Of a stretch of 61,122 nt of DNA, positions 27,392 through 36,207 are shown piece by piece. The stretch is taken from contig JANOOV010000391.1 in the NCBI GenBank assembly GCA_031421535.1, positions 1-61,122 of the forward strand. Reading direction: 5' to 3'. The stretch is from Gammaproteobacteria bacterium. Lineage in GTDB: Bacteria > Pseudomonadota > Gammaproteobacteria > SG8-11. Every line of letters begins with the position of its first letter. The stretch's first letter is position 1. The notes below the pieces were generated by a model, which worked only from the letters and a program-made list of their open reading frames with translations, was not told the DNA's origin and made no database searches. The position numbers and the translations under genes were made by a program.

Positions 27392-29287
27392 ATGAACCTG
27401 ACCACGGATTACCCAATAAACGTAGCCAACGAAACGTTGCTCAGCATGCCTGCGCAAACGAAATCCAGCTTGAGTTATAGCGTGGTTTCGATGGTTGGAG
27501 GCCTGTTGTTAGTTGCCGATATCCTCTGCCTTCTGCTTGCCGCCTCCCTCAGCACTCTTTTCTACACCCAGTGGCTGGCGCCGCTGAACTTCGCCGCTGC
27601 CGGTTTCGGGAATGGCTTCGAGCAAGCGGCATGGGTCGCCGCCGTGTTGGCGCCCTTCATTCTTTACGACCGGCGCTTCGGCGCGGTGGCCAGCCGCAGC
27701 CAGATGTCGCTGCTGGTTCGTTCTTATGCGCTGCGCTTTACGATATTTTCCGGCGTGATTCTGGTGTTGGGCGGAATCAGTCAAGCACTGGAAAACTTTC
27801 CGGGCGCTTGGCTGGCGATGTGGTTTGCAACCGGCCTGTTGTTGACCTCACTCACGCGGGTGCTGGCCGCGCAGGCGGTGCGGCGTTTGCAGCATCACGG
27901 CGTATTGACCGAAGTGATCGCCGTAGTCGGCGCGGGTCCGGTGGCGGATCGCCTGGTGCAGACGCTGCGTCAAACGCGGGCCGACACCATCGAACTGCTG
28001 GGCGTCTTTGACGACCCAATCGAGGGTGCAGCGCAGGGCATGATTAAACCGGTGGGCAGCCTCGAACAACTCCTTGAGTTGGGCAAGACCCGCAAGATTG
28101 ATTGGATTCTGCTGACGCTGCCGCCCACGGCGGAGCAGGAAATACTCGCAACGGTGCAACGCCTCAAGGCCTTGGCGGTGCCCATCGGTCTGTGCCCCCA
28201 GCACATGGAATTAGCGCTGCCGTCGCGCAACATCGATTACGTCGCTGGCAGCGTGCCGGTGACTTTGTTGGCAGATCGCCCGAGCAAGCCTTGGGATGCC
28301 TTGGTTAAAGCGGCGGAAGATTTTCTGCCCCGCTGGATCATCACCTTGGCACTGTTGCCCTTGGCAGTGCTTGAAGTGCTCACTGCCAGATTCGTAAAGT
28401 CTGCCGCCCGCATTTCGCAACCCCGCGCCGCAAAATTAACCTTCCAGTTTGATAATTATGATCTCGCCAGATTCACGCAGGTGGCCGCCAATTTCGGCCA
28501 GCACCGCTACGGCTATGTGGTGACGCCGAACGCCGATCACATGATCCGCTTGCATGAGCACGCGTCGTTTCGTGCGCTTTACGCCACAGCCAATTACATC
28601 CTCCTCGACAGCCGCTTTCTGTCGAAGATTTTGCACTTCACCAAAGGGATGCAACTGCCGGTGTGCACCGGCAGTGATCTGACCGCAAAACTCTTTGCCG
28701 AAGTGATCGCGCCCGACGACGCACTGGTGCTGATCGGCGGCACGGCTGAGCAGGCCCGCCAACTGGGCGCGCGTTATGGTGTGCGGCGCTTGGCGCACTA
28801 TAACCCCCCGATGGGATTCATCCATGACCCGGAAGCGGTTGAAACCTGCTTGCGTTTCATCGAGTCGCACAGCCCGTTTCGTTTCTGCCTGCTGGCGGTG
28901 GGCTCGCCGCAGCAAGAAATCATCGCACAACACCTGAAGGCACGCGGTATTGCTCTGGGCTTGACATTATGCATCGGCGCATCGATCAACTTCCTCACCG
29001 GCGACGAACGCCGCGCGCCGTTGTGGATGCAGAATGCAGGGCTGGAGTGGTGTTACCGCTTGATGCAAGCCCCCGCACGCATGGCCAAGCGCTACCTGGT
29101 GCGCGGGCCGCGCGTGTTCGGATTGCTGCGTAATGCGCAGATTGTGCTGCGCAAGGACTCGACGCCGATCCTGCGGCTGGTGCCGACGCTCAATCAACCC
29201 GCGCTGCCCGTGGCTCAAGAATCCGCACGCATTGTTGAGAGCAAGAATCAACAAGTTTTAAGTGGTGGTGTGAAGGGCCGTTTTTAG
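27392..29287 (+). CDS. Chimeric protein: N-terminal membrane/Rossmann module of a phosphoglycosyl transferase fused to a WecG/TagA/CpsF (GT26) glycosyltransferase domain
   Basis: Residues about 35-330 align closely with 20718..2199's paralog 20718..22199, up to KAAEDFL plus one TM helix. The C-terminus carries GT26 hallmarks (VVTPNADHMIRL, GSDLTAKLF, LIGGTAEQA, AVGSPQQEI, RAPLWMQNAGLEWCYRL). Confidence 0.85.
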   Translation: MNLTTDYPINVANETLLSMPAQTKSSLSYSVVSMVGGLLLVADILCLLLAASLSTLFYTQWLAPLNFAAAGFGNGFEQAAWVAAVLAPFILYDRRFGAVASRSQMSLLVRSYALRFTIFSGVILVLGGISQALENFPGAWLAMWFATGLLLTSLTRVLAAQAVRRLQHHGVLTEVIAVVGAGPVADRLVQTLRQTRADTIELLGVFDDPIEGAAQGMIKPVGSLEQLLELGKTRKIDWILLTLPPTAEQEILATVQRLKALAVPIGLCPQHMELALPSRNIDYVAGSVPVTLLADRPSKPWDALVKAAEDFLPRWIITLALLPLAVLEVLTARFVKSAARISQPRAAKLTFQFDNYDLARFTQVAANFGQHRYGYVVTPNADHMIRLHEHASFRALYATANYILLDSRFLSKILHFTKGMQLPVCTGSDLTAKLFAEVIAPDDALVLIGGTAEQARQLGARYGVRRLAHYNPPMGFIHDPEAVETCLRFIESHSPFRFCLLAVGSPQQEIIAQHLKARGIALGLTLCIGASINFLTGDERRAPLWMQNAGLEWCYRLMQAPARMAKRYLVRGPRVFGLLRNAQIVLRKDSTPILRLVPTLNQPALPVAQESARIVESKNQQVLSGGVKGRF

Positions 29288-29334
29288 ACCTTATGTAAAT
29301 ACCACCTTGGGTTCACATGTTAGAGGGCAGAAAA

Positions 29335-29523
29335 ATGCATAGTGCCAAGCGCGATATGGAAGAGCTTCTGAAAAATATCCCGGACGGCGGGTCGTATGAG
29401 GACATTCAGTATCAAATTTATGTCCGGCAGAAGACTGAGCAAGGAGACGCGGACGCCGAAGCGGGCCGCATGTTGACACAAGAAGAAACGGAAAAGCGGA
29501 TGGAAAGGTGGCTAAGAGGCTGA
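29335..29523 (+). CDS. Small antitoxin-like protein (type usually paired with RelE/ParE toxins), apparently orphaned
   Basis: MHSAKRDMEELLKNIPDGGSYEDIQYQIYVRQKTEQGDADAEAGRMLTQEETEKRMERWL. A GAGGG sits before the ATG at 29335. An alternative ATG lies at 29317. Confidence 0.4.
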   Translation: MHSAKRDMEELLKNIPDGGSYEDIQYQIYVRQKTEQGDADAEAGRMLTQEETEKRMERWLRG

Positions 29524-29559
29524 TCTGGAAGCTGTCGCCGACTACCTTCTCGCGTTCTT

Positions 29560-29710
29560 CGGCTTGCACAAATTCGGCATCGGGCCACGCCTCTGCCAAG
29601 GCAAGCATGTATTTGAGATTGCGTGGAGAAAAACCCTTCATGTGAGGGAAATCCGTGCGCAGGTCATGTGCCAGCCGCTCGATGACCTTTGTTTCCCAAC
29701 CTTCCTGAGA
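29560..29710 (-). pseudogene. Fragment of a YhcG/DUF1016-type (PDDEXK nuclease family) gene
   Basis: The minus strand reads QEGWETKVIERLAHDLRTDFPHMKGFSPRNLKYMLALAEAWPDAEFVQ. It is bounded by a stop upstream and by unrelated sequence downstream, so only about 50 codons of a protein that is normally much longer remain. Confidence 0.55.
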
Positions 29711-29802
29711 TCACGGCACCGTTATTAATTGCGATTGTTGACGACGCGTCGTTTCCCGGTACCGATATGTAGCGCTATTTGCTGTTGTGTTTAAGCCTTA
29801 CG

Positions 29803-32305
29803 CTACGTTCGAGCTGTGATGACAACCGGCGTTTTTATCTTCTCGGCGACCGCGTTGTAAATGTCAAGGCCTGTTTCCGGTGTACGGATGGAAACGATCA
29901 AGCTGTAGTGGGCGGGTAAATTGTAACGTTCCAGTTTGGGGCGAGTGCGCCACCAACCCATCGCAGGATAGACAGCAAGAAAACCTCGGCTGGCTAGGTC
30001 AGCGGCAGTGCCCTCCCACACATCCTGATGCAGCGAACCCCTGTGTCGCTGCCGTCCGCCGAGTAACCAATCCGGGTCCTTGGGATTGGTATGTTCACCA
30101 TCTTCTTCCATGGCCGCAGCTGCATTGATGCGAGCAAGAAATTCTTTTTCCGAATCATGTTGATGGCGCACATCAAATCGCAGCCGGTGTGAGGGGTAAT
30201 GGTACTTCGATGCGGTGCCTCGGGCAGATGGGTTGGGTTCGATGAAATAGGAAAGCGTCACCCGCATATTTACTTTGGTCTCGCCAAGAGACTCCAGTTG
30301 ATCTTTCGGCCAGGGCAGCGTGTGCAGATTCATGTCGCGGGTTTTGATTTTCCCCTTTGCCTTTTGATACGGGTGAACCAAGTCCTCGACGATCAACGTC
30401 AGCGAATTAGCCGCGCTCCATCGTGCACGTTCCAGGTCAGGGACGCCCCAGCCGCAGTGGCGGATCAGATAGGCGTAGTCATTTTTGGTAGGCAGCTTGT
30501 CCGCTGGCAAATATGTCTGCCGCATGGCGTCTGTCCAATCGGCGGAATGGGCGATGAGGGCACGGATGGTTTCAGGCCGTAGTTGCGGGTAAGCAGCCAT
30601 GAGTTGCGCGGCCATGCGTGCGCACAGCGCGGATGCTGCGCTGGTGGCATTGGTGGTAGTGAAGAGTTTTTCGGTCGGCTTGAAGTACGTCGTCAATAAG
30701 TCGAGACTTGGCATCCCTACCGCACCGAGCGCATCTTTCGCTACATTCCCGCCTTCGAATACCACATCAGGCTTTAGCGGCCATGCCTTGTCCCAAGTTG
30801 CCGAGGTTGTGGTAAACTGACTGGGCCCGCCAAACGGTGCCACAGGCTCCACGCTGGGAATTTCAGTTTCAACTTTTTCCGTGAATGCACCCACCGTCAG
30901 CGCGTTCCAAGCTTGACCGGGATCGTGAATCAGATTGGTTGAGAGGCTGTTAGGGTAAGTGATCCAGGCAGCGTGCTCTCTGGTATTCCCAGAGGATAGG
31001 ACCATGAGCCGTGGAAATTTTCCGCTTCCATCCGCATCCGCCGCCAACCGGTCCACTGTGGACGACCACGAGGAAGGGCGACCGCGATCACGGTAATCCG
31101 AGGCCGTCACCGCCGAACTAAATAGTCGGGGACGCTGTGGTGCAGCGATTTCGGGCCGACTTACCGCTTCGGCAAATAGGTTCGCGTGAAATTCGCCATT
31201 CCCCGCATTTTCTCCCTCTTTCCGAGTGAGTTTGACCGATTCAAGAAGATGATCAATCCGGATAGGTTGATCGGTGCTGAGGGCATCGGTTAAGTCGCCG
31301 TAGATGGCGATGCCTGCCAAACCGGTGCCGTGATTGCATTCGTCATCAGCACCCCAGGCCGGTTCCACCGTGTGCAGATCATTGCTCGTCATTACGGGGG
31401 CGAGCAATGGATGGCCCCCGGTTCACGCCAGTATCGAGAAGACAAACGCGTGGCACATTGTCAGTGTGTGCGGGGAACGTTGTTCGGGCCAGCAGCTCAT
31501 CCTTCCAAACGATCTGTTCCTCGGCATTCATGCCGTCAAACAACTCAGCCGTTTCTTTCGCGCGGCGAAGTTCCGCCACACAATTCAGTGTCAATACTGA
31601 TTGGGAGAACTGGTGTTCCGAGCCATACATCAGTACGACCGTCCGTTCGGGAAAATCCACACGAGCTGCGCTAACCGAACAACCGACTGCGGCGGCCAGT
31701 TTGCGAAAATCTGCGACCACCTGTTCACCTGCGCCACGAACAGTCAGCCAGACCTCCCACCAAAACTTTTCATTGGGGTCACTCGGCAGTTCAATCTCGT
31801 CTTGCCATAGACCGCGAATGGCTTGTGTACGGATTGAAGAGAGGGTATTCAGCAGCGCTTTATGGTCGATAGGTTTGCCATTCTTGTTTTTCTTCTCCGC
31901 AAGGTACTCGGCAATGTATTTTTCAAAATGCGCGAGTTTGCCATCGGGCACGAATACGTTGGCGTAGGTGAACTCACCTTCCTTGCGGATGCTCAGCAGT
32001 TCAATGTGCTGCGGCTCGTTGGCGAGACTTTCAAATGCCAATTCGACATCAGGCTGGCTGCGGAATTGAATTTGAAGCCCGATTCCGCTTTCGAGGCCCA
32101 TTTCATGCTGCTTGGCTGCGGCATCTTCAGCAATTGGCTTGAGTGCTTGGAGCTGGGTTTGGAGGAATGCGCCGTGTTGGGCGCGAGAAAGCTCTGGGAC
32201 TTCTTTCGAATCCCCACCGCCAGCGGAGTGGGCGGTGAAAGGTTTAGCTACTGAAGTTTCGGAAAGGACAATATGCGGGCGATTATCGGGCACTTGATTC
32301 GTCAT
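29803..32305 (-). pseudogene. ietS: IetS-like S8 (subtilisin) family serine protease, interrupted by a 1-nt frameshift
   Basis: ORF 31379..32305 ends ...VCLLDTGVNRG (catalytic Asp). ORF 29803..31407 continues in another frame as HPLLAPV...HGTGLAGIA (His) and ...TSAASA... (Ser region). Removing one base from the C5 run at 31415-31419 restores DTGVNRGHPLL. Confidence 0.75.
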
Positions 32306-33320
32306 CGCTTGGCGATTGGTTATTGTTGTTGCTGGCCAATTTTCCGCTGATCAATTTGCGTTCTTCCAGCATGCGCACGAGGTCGGCTTCTACCACAGAG
32401 TTGCAGTCGCGGATGATGCTGTCCTTGATCGCCTCGTCGGCGGCTCTCGAAATCTCTGCGTAACTTAACCCAAACGCATGCCCAGCAATCTTGCGCCAAG
32501 AAAAACGCTTGCTTTGAAATCCAGCGAGCCGCGCTTTGAGCATCGAAATGATTTGCTCCTGATTGGGCAGGCCGTACTGAATCATGTCGTCAAAACGGCG
32601 GAAGAGCGCGTAGTCGAGGACATCAGGATGGTTGGTTGCGGCGATGATCACGCTGTGTGATTGATCCTGCTCGATCATTTGCAGAAAACTATTGAGCACC
32701 CGCCGTATCTCGCCAACATCGTTGGCAAGACTTCGTTGCGAACCGATCGCATCGAATTCATCAAAAAAATAGATGCCACGCACGTCGGCAATAGCATCGA
32801 AAATCTGTCGCAATTTAGCCGCAGTTTCCCCCATATATTTTGTAATCAACACATCGAGTCGAACAAGGAATAGCGGAATTCCTAATTCTGCCGCAAGGGC
32901 TGCGGCCGTCATTGTCTTACCTGTTCCTGGAGGGCCAACAAGAAGCAACTTACGTCGTGGCGATAAGCCATGTTCTTTCAACTTGGCGAAAAATCGCTGT
33001 TCCTTGATGGTTCGCTTGAGTTTCTGCAATACGCAGTCGTCGAGAATCATGTCGGACAGGCGAGTGCTTGGATACGACACGCTGAGGAGTCCTACCAATT
33101 CGCCGCGTGGTTTGTTGAGCGGGACCAACTTGCCAGCACTGCCTGCAGCTTGTCCTCGGGACTTTGCAGCATCAATCATGTCGCGAAGTTCTTCGGCTAA
33201 TTTCCCATGACCTAGTTTGGCTTCATGGGCGGCAACCTGCATAGCAATGGACAAAAAACGTCCCTCATCACCCTCGATGTGTGACTTGAGAAGTGCTTTT
33301 AGTTGCTCGGCGCTTGCCAT
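32283..33320 (-). CDS. ietA: IetA-like AAA+ ATPase
   Basis: Classic AAA domain: Walker A GPPGTGKT, Walker B IYFFDEFD, and the second region of homology (ATNHPDVLDYALFRRF). The ATG at 33320 is preceded by GGAG. The 3' end overlaps the protease start by 23 nt. Confidence 0.8.
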   Translation of the reverse strand: MASAEQLKALLKSHIEGDEGRFLSIAMQVAAHEAKLGHGKLAEELRDMIDAAKSRGQAAGSAGKLVPLNKPRGELVGLLSVSYPSTRLSDMILDDCVLQKLKRTIKEQRFFAKLKEHGLSPRRKLLLVGPPGTGKTMTAAALAAELGIPLFLVRLDVLITKYMGETAAKLRQIFDAIADVRGIYFFDEFDAIGSQRSLANDVGEIRRVLNSFLQMIEQDQSHSVIIAATNHPDVLDYALFRRFDDMIQYGLPNQEQIISMLKARLAGFQSKRFSWRKIAGHAFGLSYAEISRAADEAIKDSIIRDCNSVVEADLVRMLEERKLISGKLASNNNNQSPSDDESSAR

Positions 33321-33417
33321 GTTTTTCTCCAAACCATTTTTACTTTTTGGAGTATACGGATTCTTGGGGAAATGTAAGCAGGTGCTATGCAGCTCAGTGC
33401 CCTGCTGTCGCGCCCGC

Positions 33418-34530
33418 TCATTTCATCCATTTAGGTTGCAAGCGGCCCTGTTCGTCGAAGCGGTACTGGCCGTCGAGCCAGCCTTTGCCAAATAAAATCA
33501 GCACCTGATCGTAGTAGTGTGTCGGCCCGCTGCGTTTGGTGCGCAGCCGGTCGCGCTGCTTGTTCAACGCCGGGGCGTCGCCGAGCGCGCTGAGGAACGG
33601 CAACACCGCCGCTGAATATCCAATGGGCGAGTAATCGGATTTAATCGCCGCTGCGGTCTGCGGATTCACTTTCTCGGGCGGCGCACCGTGCTGGTTAATC
33701 AGCGCCGCATAAGGGGCGAGCAGCTTGATTTTTTTTGCGCTGCTCTGCCCGGACATTCCCGCCCACAGATAAACGCGGATGGCGTCGTAGCTGCCGGAGG
33801 GTTCCGTCTCGGTATCTGGCATGACCAGACCCTTGGCATCGACGACGAATAAATCCGGGGCGATGCCGCTACGGTATATTTCCGGCGCCATACGCATGTA
33901 GCTGTCCCATACCGACTGCCATGGTCCTTGCGGGTCAGCCGCCGCCAGGTAACGAAACATGAACTCGGGTAAATAGCTGGGGTTGATGCGGAAACGCCCT
34001 TTATCGAGCGCGAAGCCAATTGCGCCGGGCAGCAGTACCGTACCGGCGCTCCCGGCCTGGGCAATCTCATGTCGTTGAATCTGTGCCAGCAGCTTGCGGC
34101 CGGTGTCGGCGTACTCCGGCGCTTTCCACAAACGTGCGGCTTCCAACAAGCTGTAAGCAATCCACAGATCCGCATCGGAAGCGGAGTTCTCATCCTTCAC
34201 TCCCCAACTGCCATCGTCGCGTTGCCCCCACAACCAGGCCGGAAGTTTGTTGCCGAGTTGTCCGGCAGCGAGATGGTCAGAGGTCCACTTGAGAATAGCG
34301 TCGAACCGGGGGCGCTGATTCGCGACCAACGCAAAGAACAATGCGTAGGATTGCCCTTCCGACGTGCTCTTGCGTTCAAAGGTCACGTCAACTACGCGGC
34401 CGTCGGCCTGTACAAAATGGCCGACAAAATCGTCCCACTCCGGCCAGTCAGACAAGGGCTTGGGAGACGCACAGGCACTGGGCATCGCAAACAGAAAAAT
34501 TACCGGCAACACAATGGTCTTGATGTGCAT
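33418..34530 (-). CDS. bcsZ: Glycoside hydrolase family 8 endoglucanase (BcsZ-like)
   Basis: Signal peptide and GH8 hallmarks (TSEGQSYALFFALV, ASDADLWIAYSLLEA, SYLP). Confidence 0.8.
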   Translation of the reverse strand: MHIKTIVLPVIFLFAMPSACASPKPLSDWPEWDDFVGHFVQADGRVVDVTFERKSTSEGQSYALFFALVANQRPRFDAILKWTSDHLAAGQLGNKLPAWLWGQRDDGSWGVKDENSASDADLWIAYSLLEAARLWKAPEYADTGRKLLAQIQRHEIAQAGSAGTVLLPGAIGFALDKGRFRINPSYLPEFMFRYLAAADPQGPWQSVWDSYMRMAPEIYRSGIAPDLFVVDAKGLVMPDTETEPSGSYDAIRVYLWAGMSGQSSAKKIKLLAPYAALINQHGAPPEKVNPQTAAAIKSDYSPIGYSAAVLPFLSALGDAPALNKQRDRLRTKRSGPTHYYDQVLILFGKGWLDGQYRFDEQGRLQPKWMK

Positions 34531-34658
34531 TACGTTCTCCCTTAGTCGTCAATTCAACCGACGATTGTTCGCGCGGCACGCGGCGCGGTCTGTGCGGTCT
34601 CGTACATACGTGGGCAGCGCGGTGTATCGAACAGAAGCAGATCAGGCGTGGTGAAACA

Positions 34659-34824
34659 CTAGTATCACGACTCAGAAATATCGAAACATGAAACGGCGGC
34701 TTTTTTCGCCCTGCGTTGTTGCAGCCCCTTGCAATACGTACAGTATTGCTGCGGGTCCGCGCCTAGCAGGGCAAAAAAATTCGTCCGTTTCATTTGTTCC
34801 GATATTTCTGAGTCGTGATACTAG
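34659..34824. mobile_element. 166-bp MITE-like long palindrome
   Basis: ctagtatcacgactcagaaatatcg... (34659-34696) pairs with ...cgatatttctgagtcgtgatactag (34785-34824). Complementarity continues inward (cttttttcgccctgc / gcagggcaaaaaaa) to a central hairpin, gcaatac-gtaca-gtattgc, at 34731-34749. Confidence 0.6.
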
Positions 34825-34856
34825 CAGTAGTACTGCGATACAACTCCGGAATCCAA

Positions 34857-36041
34857 ATGAACCTCCATGCCGTATGGGCTTACTTCGTCTTGTTAGCCGT
34901 CGTTATGGCAATGGCGGCATTACCCGTGTTTCGCTGCATCGACAGCCCGCCTGATTCCAGCATCCGCTATTCCGCGCTTGATGGACTGCGGGGATTCCTG
35001 TCGCTCACGGTATTTGTTTTTCATCTGGTTTTGACACACCGCTTTATCGAAACCGGCGTCTGGGGCGATCCAAGCTCCCGCTTCTACGCCTTGCTAGGGC
35101 CGGTCGCGGTGTCTTTATTCTTCATGATTACCGGGTTTCTGTTTTGGGGAAAACTGCTGCGCGCGCAGGGGCGGCCACGCTGGCGCGACCTGTACCTCGG
35201 CCGGCTGTTTCGTATTGCTCCCATGTATCTGTGTGTTGTGCTCGTGATGTTTTTCATCGTATTCGCACGCACCGGTTTTCAACTCCACGCGCCTGCGGAG
35301 GTTGTGCTGGGGTCGATGCTTCAATGGCTGGCGCTGGGCATGATCGATACGCAACCCGATGTGAACGGTTACCCGGCCACACACGTGCTCGCCAGTGTGA
35401 CCTGGACCATTTGGTACGAATGGGCGTTCTATGCCTCGCTGATGGCGACCGCATATTTCGCGCGCGGTAGAGCACATTTGTTATTTGTTTGCGGGGCGCT
35501 TGCCCTGTGTCTTTCCGGGAAAGTAGTGCTGAGTGTTGACACCATGGGTTTCGCGGCACTGTTTTTGAGTGGCATGGCAGTCGCCTCACTTTTGCATGCC
35601 AACATCAAGCTGCGCATGTCGCACAACCTGTCTTCCGCCCTGGCGCTCGCATGCTTGACAATTATTTTCGCAACATCGAGTCGCGGCTATGGAACGTTTA
35701 CCGCAATGCTCCTGGCGGTATTTTTTTATCTCGTGTGTTCGGGCGCGTCGTTGTTTGGCTTGCTCACGACGACGCCTGCGCATCGGTTGGGGAACATTAG
35801 TTACAGCCTTTACTTGATGCAAGGCCTGGTATTGACACTTGTTTTCGCGATCCCTCCGGTCAGAAGTTTCGCGATGTCCGCGCCGCAAAATTATTGGGCT
35901 ATCGGCAGCGTCTGCGCCGCTGTGCTGCTGTTGAGCGCTGCGTTTGGCTATGCGTACATTGAACGGCCTGGAATCGCGCTCGGCAAAAGTCTGATCCGGC
36001 GCCGCATATCTTTGACAAGCTCGCCGCAGCACAGCACATAA
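34857..36041 (+). CDS. Acyltransferase family 3 (O-acyltransferase) membrane protein
   Basis: Signature LDGLRGFLSLTVFVFHL followed by about 10 TM helices. ATG 34857 is preferred because the GTG at 34815 lies inside the palindromic element. Confidence 0.75.
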   Translation: MNLHAVWAYFVLLAVVMAMAALPVFRCIDSPPDSSIRYSALDGLRGFLSLTVFVFHLVLTHRFIETGVWGDPSSRFYALLGPVAVSLFFMITGFLFWGKLLRAQGRPRWRDLYLGRLFRIAPMYLCVVLVMFFIVFARTGFQLHAPAEVVLGSMLQWLALGMIDTQPDVNGYPATHVLASVTWTIWYEWAFYASLMATAYFARGRAHLLFVCGALALCLSGKVVLSVDTMGFAALFLSGMAVASLLHANIKLRMSHNLSSALALACLTIIFATSSRGYGTFTAMLLAVFFYLVCSGASLFGLLTTTPAHRLGNISYSLYLMQGLVLTLVFAIPPVRSFAMSAPQNYWAIGSVCAAVLLLSAAFGYAYIERPGIALGKSLIRRRISLTSSPQHST

Positions 36042-36207
36042 CCTTGACGACCGTCGATTCGAGAAATTTCAGTACCTTCCTGCGTTTGCCAACGAACCGA
36101 CCGCCTGCCCTTCCTGCGCCCATCATTACTTCCAGATACAAATCCAATTTCTTGTAAGCACAGTTGACAGCGTGCCCAAAACCTATTTGCAACTGGCGGG
36201 GGAAGTT

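Noticed and set aside
34688-34954. 88-aa ORF and the GTG-34815 extension of the acyltransferase gene
   Set aside because: Both are generated by reading through the 166-bp palindromic element. The ATG at 34857 gives a normal acyltransferase-3 N-terminus.
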